Shown: piece by piece, positions 14,301-27,599 of the stretch
How the letters are laid out: each line of letters begins with the position of its first letter
Position numbering within the stretch: the first letter of the stretch is position 1
DNA from: Macrostomum lignano
Lineage: Eukaryota
Direction of reading: 5' to 3'
DNA: 64,000 nucleotides
Assembly (NCBI GenBank): GCA_002269645.1
Contig: NIVC01001070.1
Coordinates: 1 to 64,000 of the forward strand
Notes under the pieces: model-generated
The model's input: the letters and a program-made list of their open reading frames with translations, nothing else
The model's database searches: none
Told to the model about the DNA's origin: nothing
Position numbers and translations under genes: made by a program

Positions 14301-17300
14301 GCCACTGCGGAAGGGGGTCAGTCGCTGTGTATTGGAGGGTTGATTTAGATTGCGCAATCATTTCGTGTGCACTTGGACCTTGGCGCACGGGCTGACTGTA
14401 TAGACAATTGCAATTCACTGTTGCAGGCAGTGAACGTACACTCGATATTTCAATGCTTAAAATCAGAAAGTTTCAAACACTAACTGTCTCTCGAGTTTTG
14501 AACTTAGAGAGAAGAGACTTATATTGCTGGAAAGATCTTGCTGCAATGAGTTCGGGGATATAAGTTTTTTGCTTTAAATATGAAAATTAAATTCACAGCA
14601 TTCAAGAAAGGATTTTCATACTTTTAGCTTTCTGCAAAGATTGTTCTCATTTTGGAGTTCAATGGGGTTCGACCGACCCCCAATAGTTGGTGAGGGGGGG
14701 GTTCAATTTCTAGCTGCACTGCGTATTGGAAGGGGTCGGTTGCTGTGTATTTGAGGGTTGATTTAGATTGCGCAATCTTTTTGTTAACTTTAACTGAGGC
14801 TGATACTGACTGCCTGAGAAATAAGTTGCGCAATTTAATTGGTTCAATGTTTTTACGGCGTCTTTCAACACGCAGCTGTGTGTAGCTCTAACCCTAACCC
14901 TAACCTTAACCAATGAATTCTGAGAGCTGGGCTGTTTGACGTAGAAATTTTGATTTAGTCCAGTTTCACGGAGAGGATTTCTATTTCGCGGAGAATATTT
15001 CGATGGTGTTCAGTTTCACGGAGAGGATTTCGATAGTGTTCAGTTTCACGGAGACGATTTCTGTTGCGCGGAGAGGTGTTGGAAAATGGGATTCCGCCGA
15101 TGGAGTTCAGGGAATGGAATTCCGCTGATTGGAGTTCTTCCCCTTTCTTCTCCGAAGGAGGAGTTGGCCTCGTTAATACTAAAAGTGGTGCGATGTTTGT
15201 TTGTTTGTCTGTATGTATGTGTGTTGCAATTTTTCTCCTAAACTACTGGCAAGTCAGCGTTGAAACTTATATGGGTAAACTGCAAATTTTCCGGACTGGG
15301 TTTATAGCAATTTTAATCTTTCATTTTTACATTTTAAGATCCCTAAAAAAGCAGAAAACTGATTTCCTAACCTTCTTTGGCCCTTCTGTGGCCACTCTGC
15401 CTCTCCAGTGGAGGGTTGCAGTCTGTTTGTAAAAATAGCCACCCCAACCTCCGCCCGCGGGTCGCTGTGTTTTGGGGGGTGGGTGCGCGTGTTCTGCGTT
15501 AAATGCAAAACCCCGCGTGTTGGGGGTTCAATTAAATTTAACGATTCCCCCGGAATGGGGGGTTGGGCTTGGGCTGAGTGTACATAGCAGTTGTACAGTG
15601 TAAGGAGATAGCTAGGATTGTGTCGAGATTTAATTGGTTTTATTATCGGCGCCATTCAATAGGCAGCCATGTGTATTTGCTGGGCAGTAAACTTCAATGA
15701 ATAAACTTGCGAGCCTCTTTAGCAGGCTGTGAACGTACACTCGATACTTTAATGCTTTAAATCAGGAAATTTCAAACGCTAACTATTCCTTGAGTTTTAA
15801 ACTTTCAGAGGAGAGACTTATATTGCTGGAAAGATCTTGCAATACTGAGTTCGGGGATATAAGTACTTTGCTTTAAATGTGAAAACAAAAAGCACAGCAT
15901 TTAAAAAACGATTTCCATACTTTTAACTTTCGGCAGTGTACTCATTTTGGAGTTCAATGGGGGTTCGACCAACCCCCCAACAGTTGGTGGAAGGGGGGGG
16001 GGGTTCAACTTTTAATTGCCACTGCGTATTGGAAGGGGGTCAGTCGCTGTGTATTGGAGGGTTGATTTAGTTTGCGCAATCTTTTTGTTAACTTTAACTG
16101 AGACTGATACTGACTGACTGTGAAATCGGTTTCGCAATAAATTGATTCAATTAGTTCAATTTTTTATCGACGCCTTTCAACACACTGCTGCGTGTAGCTC
16201 TAACCCTAACCCTAACCCTAACCCTAACCACTGAATCCTGAGAGTTGATTCTTTTTTACGGAGAAAATTTCGATTCAGTCCAGTTTTATGGAGAGAATTT
16301 CTGTTTCGCGGAGACGATTTTAATGGATGTCAGTTTCACGGAGAGGTGTTTGATGGAGTTCTCTTTTACGGAGAGGATTTCGATGATGTTCAGTTTCGCG
16401 GAGAGGAGTTGGATGATGGGTTTCATGGAATGGCATTTCAGGGAATGGAGTTCCGGTGATGGGAGTTCTTCCCCTTTCTCCTCCAGAGGAGGAGTTGGCC
16501 TTGTCTCTCTCTCTCTCTTTACTAAAGCTGACGTCGTGGTCCGGTGGTAGGGTTGGCCGGTGGGCCGGGTTTGTCGACGATCTCCTCCTAGGATTCTTGC
16601 AACTCAACTTTCAAACCGGTACCAAAACATGTCAAATGTCCCGACGATGCTACAATTTAAAATTCATTTTCAAATTTCAATTTTAAGTGCTTCAAAAAAG
16701 CAGAAAACAGCACAAACCAGACAGCCAGATGTCTATATATCGCATTCCATGGACTTCCCACTTGACGCTATTTTGTATGGTTGCGCCACAACTTTTCTCC
16801 TATCTCTGCAGTGTATTTCATTTCAGCTGGGGGAGGGTCGCCGGCACTTGAGAATTGGCGGCCTACTTGCTCAGTGTTAAAAAGGGGTGGAGGTGCACAC
16901 TGCGCGAGAATGGATGGCTTGATTTTTTTAACTCATCACAGAGTGTACATTGCGCTCTGCAAGTAAGAAACGGGAAAACTTGCACCTTAATTTCTGCTTT
17001 TAATTTTCAAGCTACAGAAAAGTGAATCACACCGTTGGAAAGAGTTTGAAAAACTGAACAGAATGGTATAATTTTCTGTTCCGAAATCTCAACTGCATCA
17101 GAGCAATTTGTCATAGAAAATTTCTTGATTTCAATTTGTCAACCCTGGCTCACTGGCTGACTTTATAGATAATTGCGCAATGATATGGCTACTGATAAGT
17201 TTTCCTGCCTTTCAATGGGCAGTCCTGTGTATTTGTTGGACATTGAAATTCAATGCATCATCTTGCAAGCAGGCAGTGAACGTACACTCGATACTTCAAT

Positions 17301-17694
17301 GCTATAAATCAGACAGTTTCAAACGCTAACTGTTCCTCGAGTTTTAAACTTTGAGAGGAGAAACTTATATTGCTGGCAAGATCTTGCAACGCTGAGTTCG
17401 GGGATATAAGTTGTTTGCTTTAAATATGAAAAGAAAAAGCACAGCATTTGAAAAACTATTTCCATACTTTTAACTTTCTGCAAAGATTGTACTTTAATCT
17501 GCAAAGATTGTTGGGGGGAGGGTTCAACTTCTCACTGCTGCTGTGTATTGGAGGGTTGATTTAGATTGCGCAATGTTTTTGTTAACTTTACCTGAGGCTG
17601 ATACTGACTGACTGTGAAATCGGTTGCGCAATGAATTGATTCAATTAGTTCAATATTTTTATCTGTGCCTTTTAACACGAAGCTGTGCGTAGTT

Positions 17695-17734
17695 CTAACC
17701 CTAACCCTAACCCTAACCCTAACCCTAACCCTAA
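17695..17734 (+). repeat. Interstitial telomeric-type (CTAACC)n tract, the longest of ten; others at 699-722, 3454-3477, 4667-4690, 7410-7433, ~9958-9975, ~12418-12452, ~14888-14911, 16200-16229 and 21393-21416
   Basis: About 3 to 6.7 copies of the TTAGGG complement, mostly in the flanking context GTAG(T/C)TC...AATGAAT. Two short opposite-orientation copies lie at 20278-20291 and 24019-24032. Confidence 0.95.
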
Positions 17735-20700
17735 TGAATCTGGCGAGTTGAGTTGTTTGACGGAAAAAATTCGATTAAGTCAAGTTTAGCGGAGACGATT
17801 TCAATGTTTAAATTCTGACGGAGAAGATTTCTGTTTCGTGGAGAGGATTTCGATGATGTTCAGTTTCACGAAAGGATTTCCATGGTGTTCAGTTTCACGG
17901 AGAGGATTTCGATCATGTTCAGCTTCACGGAGAGGCTTTCTGTTTCGCGGAGATAATTTATGATTGATTTCTGTTTTATGGAAACAATTTTGATGGATTC
18001 AGGTTTCAAGGAGAGGATTTCGAAGGAGTCCAGTTTCACTGAGAGGATTTCGATGGTTTTTAGTTGCACAGACAGGATTTTTGCTTCGCGGAGAGGATCT
18101 TGATGGATTTGGCATCTTCAATCAGTCAGAGAAGAGAGTAAAGAGAAGACTGAAAAGAGAAGAGAGAAGAGATGATAGAAAACAGAGTATAATTGAGTGG
18201 AGAGATTAGACATGACAGATTGGAGATGATAGGAGAGAGAATAGATGAGGGATAAGAGCGTACAGAGGCAATAGAAGAGAGGGGAGAGTAGAGGAGAAAG
18301 AAAGAGTGAGATGAGGAGATGAGGGATGAGAGAGGAGGGGAGAGAGGAGACAGGAGAGAGTACAGACGAAAGACTAGGGAGAAGATATAAATAAGGTAGT
18401 AAAGATGAGAGGAGAGAGAGGAGAGAGAAGCGAAAGGAGAAGAGAGTGAGGAGAGAGGAGAGAGATGAAAGGAGCAAGGAAAGGAGAAAAGAGAGAATGG
18501 AGAGAATAGAAAAGAGAGAAGAGAAGAGACAGGGGATAGTGAAAAGGAGGAAGAAAGATGGGAGACAAGAAAGTAGTGTCAGAGCGTATATGAAATTTGA
18601 GAAATGAGAGCAGAGAGAAGAGAAAAGAGAAGAGAGAGAGAGGGTTAAGAGAGACGATAGATAAGTGAGTAGAGATGACATATGAGAGAGGAGAGATAGG
18701 GAGAGATAAGAGTGAAGAGAGGAGACAGAAGACAGGAGAAGGTACAGACGAAAGACGAGGGAGAAGAGATAAACAAGGGAGCAGGGGTAGAGATGAGATG
18801 AGAGAGAGGAGAGAGGAGATATGAGAGACTTGAGAGTCTTTGAGCTATGGTCTTTGAAAGATTTTGTAAAGAATTTGGAGACGATTTGGAAGATAGGGTT
18901 AAAGACATGGAATTTCAGTTGATGGATATTTCAGGGAATAGAATTCCGGTGATGGGAGTTCTTCCCCTTTCTCCTCCGAAGGAGGAGTTCCACTCGTATA
19001 TACTAAAGCTGACGTCGTGGTCCGGTGGTAGGGTGGGCCGGTGGGCCGGGTTTGTCGACGATCTCCTCCTAGGATTCTTGCAACTCAACTTTCAAACCGG
19101 TACCAAAACATGTCAAATGTCCCGACGATGCTACAATTTAAAATTCATTTTCAAATTTCAATTTTAAGTGCTTCAAAAAAGCAGAAAACAGCACAAACCA
19201 GACAGCCAGACCAGATGTCTATATATCGCATTCCATGGACTTCCCACTTGACGCTATTTTGTATGGTTGCGCCACAACTTTTCTCCTATCTCTGCAGTGT
19301 ATTTCATTTCAGCTGGGGGAGGGTCGCCGGCACTTGAGAATTGGCGGCCTACTTGCTCAGTGTTAAAAAGGGGTGGAGGTGCACACTGCGCGAGAATTGA
19401 TGGCTTGATTTTTTTAACTCATCACAGAGTGTACATTGCGCTCTGCAAGTAAGAAACGGGAAAACTTGCACCTTAATTTCTGCTTTTAATTTTCAAGCTA
19501 CAGAAAAGTGAATCACACCGTTGGAAAGAGTTTGAAAAACTGAACAAAATGGTATAATTTTCTGTTCCGAAATCTCAACTGCATCAGAGCAATTTGTCAT
19601 AGAAAATTTCTTGATTTCAATTGTGAAAACGTTAAGTGGCTGGGGAGGGGTTTCATTAATTTCAATTCTGACTGTGCAATGCACAAGTCTAGACTCTCCC
19701 TGTGCATTTGGGGAGGTGCATGGGCTATAGACTGATTTTCATATTGAGTGATTGGCTGGAGATAATATTGAGATTAAATAAATGAATCACCGCAGTGTAC
19801 ACAGTCCAAATAGCGAAAGCTCATTGATTTTTCAACTCTCCTATGATTGAATTCCATATAAACTGATGCTTCTCAAGTCAAAGTCTTCATAACTTTTTTT
19901 TCATTTAGGTTCTAGCTTTCTCATAGCTTCTCATTTCTTCTTTAATTATTCCCGATGTCAATTTCAAACACTGATGTGCTTTTCATGGTCTCTACTGCTT
20001 TTCGTCTTGACAGGTTGCTTCGGATTGTGCTGTCTGATTATTTTATGTATATAATATGTAAATATAATTTTATTAAACACTGCCATTAGTTTTGCATTGA
20101 ATAGACTTGATCTTTACACTGTACGCCTGCAAGTAACAAGGCCGACATAAATGAATAAATTCGGCTAAATGCAGTGTACATTTGTGAGAACCGGGCTGCG
20201 ACAGTGATGGCGCAATGCATATGCATCAACGGGGGCAGGCGATCGTTTCAGTAGCTCAATTTCGCTGGCCCAAGAGCTAGGGTTAGGGTTACGATATGGA
20301 GTTCTGCAGATTCAACATTCCAACCATGGGATTCCGGGGATTTCAATTCAGCGGATTTCTCCTCCAACGGAGGAGTTCCACTCGTCTAATATATCTAAAG
20401 TAGCAACCCCCCCTCCACCGGCCCTGTCTGTCTGTGGGTATGTAACAGGTTATCTCCCAATCTCTCTATATACTAAAGCTGACGTCGTGGTCCGGTGGTA
20501 GGGTGGGCCGGTGGGCCGGGTTTGTCGACGATCTCCTCCCAGGATTCTTGCAACTCAACTTTCAAACCGGTACCAAAACGTGTCAAATGTCCCGACGATG
20601 CTACAATTTAAAATTCATTTTCAAATTTCAATTTTAAGTGCTTCAAAAAAGCAGAAAACTGCTTTTTTTAACCCCCAATAACCTTCTTTGGCTAATCTGC

Positions 20701-23700
20701 CTGGGGCTTCAGCCAGTTTGTAAAAATAGCCACCCCAACCTCCGCCCGCGGGCCGCTGTGTATTGAGGGGTGGTGGGTGCGCGTGTTCTGGGTTCAATGC
20801 AAATAAAACCCCGCCGCGTGTTGGGGGGTTGAGTTAAATTTAATGCTTCCCCCAGAACGGGGGTTGGGCTTGGGCTGAGTGTACATAGCAGTTGTACAGT
20901 GTAAATAGATAGACTGTGTCGAGATTCATTTGGTTTTATTATTGGCGCCTTTTTTTCTCCATAGGCAGCCCTGTGTATTAGTTTGGCAGTGAAATTCAAT
21001 GAATTGCGAGCTTCTCTAGCAAGCAGTCGGGAAATCGGTAAATTTCAAACGCTAACTGTTCCTCGAGTTTTAAACTTTGAGAGGAGAGACTTATATTGCT
21101 GGAAAGATCTTGCAACGCTGAGTTTAGGGATATAAGTTGTTTGCTTTAAATATGAAAATAAAAAGCACAGCATTTGAAAAACTATTTCCATACTTTTAAC
21201 TTGCTGCAAAGATTGTACTCAGTTTTGCGAGACGTAATAGATAAAGTTGGGGGGAGGGTTCAACTTCTCACTGCTGCTGTGTATTGGAGGGTTGATTTAG
21301 ATTGACTGACTGACTGTGCAGTTGCGCAATGAATTGATTCAAATAGTTCAATATTTTTATCAGTGTCTTTTAACACGAAGCTGTGCGTAGTTCTAACCCT
21401 AACCCTAACCCTAACCAATGAATCCGGAGAGTTGAGTTGTTTGACGGAAAAAATTCGATTGAGTCCAGTTTAGCGGAGACGATTTCAATGTTTTAATTTT
21501 GACGAAGAGGATTTCTGTTACGTGGAGAGGATTTCGATGGTGTTCAGTTTCGTGGAGAGGATTTCGATGGTGTTAAGTTTCGTGGAGAGGGTTTCGATGG
21601 TGTTCAGTTTTGTGGAAAGGATTTCGATGATGTTCAGTTTCACGGAGAGGATTTCGATGATGTTCAGCTTCACGGAGAGGATTTCTGGTTCGCGGAGATA
21701 ATTTATGATTGATTTCTGTTTTATGGAGACCATTTTGATGGATTTAAGTTTCAAGGAGAGGATTTCGAAGGAGTCCAGTTTCACGGAGAGGATTTCGATG
21801 GTTTTCAGTTGCACGGACAGGATTTTTCTGTTTCGCGGAGAGGATCTTGATGGATTTGGCATCTTCAATCAGTCAGAGAAGAGAGTAAAGAGAAGAATGA
21901 AAAGAGAAGAGAGATGAGATGATAGAAAACAGAGTAGAAATGAGTGGAGAAATTAGACATGACAGATGGGAGAGAAGAGGGGAGTAAGGCGGGAACGAAG
22001 GAGAGAGAAGAGAAGAGAAGAGAGGAGATGAAGGGAGAGGATATGAGAGAGGAGATATGAGATAGCAGAGAGGAGACAGGAGAGAGAAGAAAGGAGGGAT
22101 AAGAGCGTACAGAGGCAATAGAAGAGAGGAAAGAGAGGAGAGAGGTGAGAGGTGAGAGGAGAGAGATGAAAGATCAGAGATCAGAGTTTTAAGAGAAGAA
22201 AGTAGTGAGGAGAAAGAAGAGGGTAAAGATGAGAGTGCAGAGAGGAGAGAAACGAGAGGAGACAGGTGGTAGAAAGGAGTGTAAAAACAGCAGATAAGAA
22301 AGGGGAGGGTGAGAGTGAGAGCATATAGGAAAGTGTAAAAGGGGAGCAGAGGAGAGAGAATAGATAAGTGAGTAGAGAAGAGATATGAGAGAGGAAAGAC
22401 GAGGGGAGAGAGGAGACAGGAGAGAGTAAATTTGAAAGACCTGGGAGAAGAGATAAAAAAGATAGTACAGATGAGAGGAGAGATGAGAGATGCAATGAGA
22501 AAAGAGATGAGTGAGAAAATAAGAGAGAGAAGAGATTAGAGATTAGAGAAGAGATGAGGGGAGATGAGAGGAGAGAAGAGAGTATGGAGAGGAGAGAAAA
22601 GAGAGGAGAGGAGACAGGTGATGCAGTAGAAAGGGAAGAAAGATGGTAGATAAGAAAGGAGAGGGTGAGAGCGTATAAGAGATACGAGAAATGAGAGCAG
22701 AGAGAAGAGAGAAAGTAGAGCGGAGACAATAGATAAGTAAGTAGAGATGAGATATGAGAGAGGAGAGAAAAGGGGAGAGATAATAGAGAAGATAGGAGAG
22801 TAGACAGGAGAGGGTACAGACGAAAGACGAGGGAGAAGAGATAAATAAGGGAGTAGAGATAAAAAAAAGAGTAGGGGTAGAGATGAGATGAGAGAGAGGA
22901 GAGAGAAGCGAGTCACGATAATAGCGAAGAGAGGAGAGAGTAGATATGAGAGACGTAAGAGTCTTTGAGCTATGGTCTTTGAAAGGTTTGTAAAGAATTT
23001 GGAGACGATTTGGAAGATGGGGTTCAAGACATGGAATTTCAGTTGATGGATAATTCAGGGAATGGAATTCCGGTGATGGGAGTTCTTCCCCTTTCTCCTC
23101 CGAAGGAGGAGTTCCACTTATATACTAAAGCTGACGTCGTGGTCCGGTGGGCCGGGTTTGTCGACGATCTCCTCCTAGGATTCTTGCAACTCAACTTTCA
23201 AACCGGTACCAAAACATGTCAAATGTCCCGACGATGCTACAATTTAAAATTCATTTTCAAATTTCAATTTTAAGTGCTTCAAAAAAGCAGAAAACAGCAC
23301 AAACCAGACAGCCAGATGTCTATATATCGCATTCCATGGACTTCCCACTTGACGCTATTTTGTATGGTTGCGCCACAACTTTTCTCCTATCTCTGCAGTG
23401 TATTTCATTTCAGCTGGGGGAGGGTCGCCGGCACTTGAGAATTGGCGGCCTACTTGCTCAGTGTTAAAAAGGGGTGGAGGTGCACACTGCGCGAGAATGG
23501 ATGGCTTGATTTTTTAACTCATCACAGAGTGTACATTGCGCTCTGCAAGTAAGAAACGGGAAAACTTGCACCTTAATTTCTGCTTTTAATTTTCAAGCTA
23601 CAGAAAAGTGAATCACACCGTTGGAAAGAGTTTGAAAAACTGAACAGAATGGTATAATTTTCTGTTCCGAAATCTCAACTGCATCAGAGCAATTTGTCAT

Positions 23701-24854
23701 AGAAAATTTCTTGATTTCAATTGTGAAAACGTTAAGTGGCTGGGGAGGGGTTTCATTAATTTCAATTCTGACTGTGCAATGCACAAGCCTAGACTCTCCC
23801 TGTGCATTTGGGGAGGTGCATGGGCTATAGACTGTACTGTAGATATTTACTGTACGCTTGCAAGTAACAAGGCCGACATAAATGAATATAAATGAATAAA
23901 TTCGGCTAAATGCAGTGTACATTTGTGAGAACCGGGCTGCGACAGTGATGGCGCAATGCATATGCATCAACGGGGGCAGGCGATCGTTTCAGTAGCTCAA
24001 TTTCGCTGGCCCAAGAGCTAGGGTTAGGGTTACGATATGGAGTTCTGCAGATTCAACATTCCAACCATGGGATTCCGGGGATTTCAATTCAGCGGATTTC
24101 TCCTCCAACGGAGGAGTTCCACTCGTAATATATCTAAAGTAGCAACCCCCCCTCCACCGGCCCTGTCTGTCTGTGGGTATGTAACAGGTTATCTCCCAAA
24201 AGGCTCAACCGATTTTCTCCGTTTCTTCGCCAAAAGATGTCAAATGTGCCCGGGACGGTACATGTAATTTTATTAAGCTCTAGCTCAATGCTAAGGGGAT
24301 TAAATATTCGAAAAACTGTTTTAAATGGCCTTTTTAGTGTATTTTTTTATCAGCCTGCGCGCAGCGAGAAACTTCACAGCCAATTTTAATGATTGCGCCA
24401 GAGCCAACTGATAAGAAAATTCACTTTGCCCCACTGCCCAGATAATTACTCTATTTAACTTGCGTAACCAATTAAGGGGGGGGTATAATAAAAATTCTGG
24501 ATGCTTCCAATATACTAAAAATCAAAACTATGTACCTATAGGAACCTTCGCTTAACTTAACTCTACATGGTCGGAATTTCGTGGGGTTTTCTGCATTCGA
24601 TGCGTACTAGCCATTTAGCCCCCTCCGGGTGGCTTCTTAGCAGTTTAGCGCTTGTCTATAAGCAGTTTTGCACAGTCGCTGAGCAAATCTCACTAATCTC
24701 CGAGAAGTTCTGCAGTAGCAAATCTAAGCAGTTGTACACCAATTTTACTGAGACTAAAAAGTTCTAAAAAGTTACATTTCTGAATGTTTGAAACTTTGCA
24801 ACGTCAATTCATTTATAGTTCTTTTATGATTATTCGTTATTTTCAAATCCTCAC

Positions 24855-25830
24855 CAGATTAGCACTATTCTCTCACATTAGCCCTACACCCCCAGATTAG
24901 CCCCACTTCCCCCAGATTAGCACTACCCCCCCCCATATTAGCCGCAAACCCCCAGATTAGCCCCACTTCCCCCAGATTAGCACTACCCCCCCATATTAGC
25001 CGCACACCCCCAGATTAGCCCCACTTCCTCCAGATTAGCACTACCCCCCCATATTAGCCGCACACCCCCAGATTAGCCCCACTTCCTCCAGATTAGCACT
25101 ACACCCAGATTAGCACTGCGCCCAGATTAGCACTCAGCCCAGATTAGCACTCAGCCCAGATTAGAACTCAGCCCAGATTAGCACTCAGCCTAGATTAGCA
25201 CTCAGCCCAGATTAGCACTCAGCCCAGATTAGCACTCAGCCCAGATTAGCACTCAGCCCAGATTAGCACTCAGCCCAGATTAGAACTCAGCCCAGATTAG
25301 CACTCAGCCCAGATTAGCACTCAGCCCAGATTAGCACTCAGCCCAGATTAGCATTCAGCCTAGATTAGCACTCAGCCCAGATTAGCACTCAGCCTATATT
25401 AGCACTCAGCCCAGATTAGCACTCAGCCCAGATTAGCACTCAGCCCAGATTAGCACTCAGCCCAGATTAGCACTCAGCCCAGATTAGCACTCAGCCCAGA
25501 TTAGCACTCAGCCCAGATTAGCACTCAGCCTAGATTAGCACTCAGCCCAGATTAGCACTCAGCCCAGATTAGCACTCAGCCTAGATTAGCACTCAGCCCA
25601 GATTAGCACTCAGCCCAGATTAGCACCGCTCCACAGATTACCGCCGCTTCCCAGATAGTTTCACCTCCCCAGATTAGCACTACTTCTCCAGATTTGCACC
25701 ACTCCGCAAAAATTCGCACCGCTACTTCCTCCAGATGAGCCCCAATCCCCCAGATTAGCCCCCCTCCTTTATATTAGCCCCACTCCCTTAGATTAGCACC
25801 GCTCCCCAGATTAGCACCACTCCCAAACTG
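24855..25830 (+). repeat. 17-bp minisatellite (CAGATTAGCACTCAGCC)n; homogeneous core ~25125-25625 (about 30 copies) with degenerate flanks
   Basis: Period 17 measured directly (AGATTAG at 25141 and 25158). The flanks keep the CCCAGATTAGC core with longer, variable spacers. Confidence 0.95.
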
Positions 25831-26717
25831 CTAAAAGGTGACTACTATTATCGCCTCAGAAGTTTAAAGTTAAACCCTCCCCAGAAATTGGCAGTTATCC
25901 CCACAACAACCTGAAATTATCCCTTCTAATTCCGCAAAACAGACTGCAGTCATACAGCTCATTTGCACTCTACAACTTTTATTATTATTATTCATTTATC
26001 CCTCAGAGACCCAGAATTGTCCCTTCTGCAAGCTACAATTATTCACACTTAAAATATCCGCCTCAGAAGTCTGCCATTATTATCCTAGCAGTCTGCAGCT
26101 ATCCACTCGGCAGTTTGCAGCTTATACGCTCATAAGTCTCGAGAAACTAACCAACGTCAGCAGTTTGCAGTTTGTCCCCTTTGCAGTCTGCAATGATCCC
26201 TTCAACAATCTGCAGTTCCCCTCAGTAGTCTGCAGTCAATTCATTTGCAGTCAGCAAGTGTTTCCTTAATAATTCTCATTTATCCCCTCAGCAGTCTGCA
26301 GTTCTCTCAGCTGGCCCCTCAGTATTCTCAGCAAACTGCAATGATCTTTTCAATGATTTAAAAATTTGCTCAGCATTTACGACGGCGCACTAATCGATTT
26401 TCGATACATATTGGCAGTCTTGCACCACTCAGCATTTAGCAATACCTCAGCAGTTTAGCAGCATCGTCTGCAGTTTAGTAATTTAATCCCCTGCAGTTTA
26501 GTAATATCTACTTCTAGCTCGTATAGACCTAGATAATAACAATTAATGGGATCTTAGGATTTTACAAATCAAATCAAATTTGCTTAGTGGCTTGTGCGAG
26601 TAGCAAAAATAAATTATTGTAATTTAAAAAAAATTAATTACAATTAATCAAAAAATGTTCAAAATAGTCGAGGCAGAAGCTACTAATGAATGAATTTATT
26701 TAATTTTAATTATCCGC

Positions 26718-26795
26718 TGGGGAGGCAGACTCGAACCTTGGACCTTATGCCTAGCTTAAACCTAGTCCTAGTGCCTACACTGCGGCTATTCCGCC
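26718..26795 (-). pseudogene. Degenerate tRNA-like / SINE-head remnant
   Basis: The minus strand has an A-box-like TAGCCGCAGTG, B-box GGTTCGAGTC, a GGCGGA/TCTGCC acceptor-like pairing and a terminal CCA. The T-stem and anticodon arm do not fold properly. Confidence 0.3.
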
Positions 26796-27099
26796 TACTG
26801 ATCGGAGGGCGCAAAAATCAGCCATATATGCTTCGGCACTGCAGTCAAATACATAGCAGTGATAGGCTGCTCAGTGTGCACAGGTTGTATGCAGGCAGAG
26901 CCAATGCACAGTTGAGTGAAATCTATTAATAGCAATTGTCTATGCAGTCCGCCAGTCAGCCAGGGTCAGAATGTACACACGCAGCCACTGAGCATTATTT
27001 TCCTCTCCCTTATTGCAGCCAGTATTGAGGCGTACACAGTGAACAGAGAAAAGTTGTGGCGCAATCTTAATTGGAATTGAAATTCAGTTAGTGAGATTT

Positions 27100-27323
27100 T
27101 GACCTTTTCTAGCCGCCCATTGAAAGCATTGGGAAAACTCGTTTTTCGAATATTTAACCATCTTCCCATTCGAATTTTTTAAATGCAATTACACCCACAC
27201 AATCTCACAAGAATTTGCAATTGAATGAAGCAAGTTTGAAAAAAATCGGTTCAGGCATTCAGGCTGTAGACTGGAATACCGGTCAGACAGACAGACAAAC
27301 CTTAGAGATTTAGTATATTGTGA
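27100..27323 (-). mobile_element. Inverted 5' end of a related non-autonomous Helitron
   Basis: The minus strand reads TCACAATATACTAAA...GTTTGTCTGTCTGTCTG...GAACCGATTTT, the same 5'-end architecture as the array units. Confidence 0.55.
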
Positions 27324-27599
27324 TTGATGGTGCGCTGGTACACAAAATTTTGCTAAGAAATTGCTTCATTTTTTCGGGCTTAAATATTCGAAAAACTCGA
27401 TTTTTGCACCGTTTTTTAAAGTTCAAACAGTTCTTTCCAATTGAGAAGCATTCTGACTGCCGATGGAATTCTATTGCATCATAACTCAGTTCTCTACACT
27501 CGCGTGGAGAGCTACAAGGGTTGAAAGGTTGCGCAACACCTTTTAGTTATTGAAATTGAGGGGCGGGTGTCGCTATTCAATTTGTCTTGGGCATTTCCT

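Larger units (their letters stand above)
1..24126 (+). mobile_element. Head-to-tail tandem array of non-autonomous Helitron-like units (about 12 units, 1.0-2.7 kb, several subfamilies); array starts before the window
   Basis: Twelve junctions have a hairpin CTCCTCC-nnn-GGAGGAG (or near variant), then 5 nt and CTCGT/CTTGT, ending at 2511, 3737, 6475, 8851, 11025, 13640, 15173, 16504, 18997, 20385, ~23118 and 24126. Each is followed by a 5' end (T/C)ATATACTAAAG or ATATCTAAAG; most then have a (GTTT/GTCT)n microsatellite and often GGCTATAGGCTAT. This architecture is typical of non-autonomous Helitrons. No RepHel ORF is present. Confidence 0.75.

Noticed and set aside
1249-23027. Long Leu/Ser-rich minus-strand ORFs (up to 396 aa) and Arg/Glu-rich plus-strand ORFs
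   Set aside because: They are translations of the polypurine tracts; frames and lengths differ between near-identical copies and there are no domain motifs.
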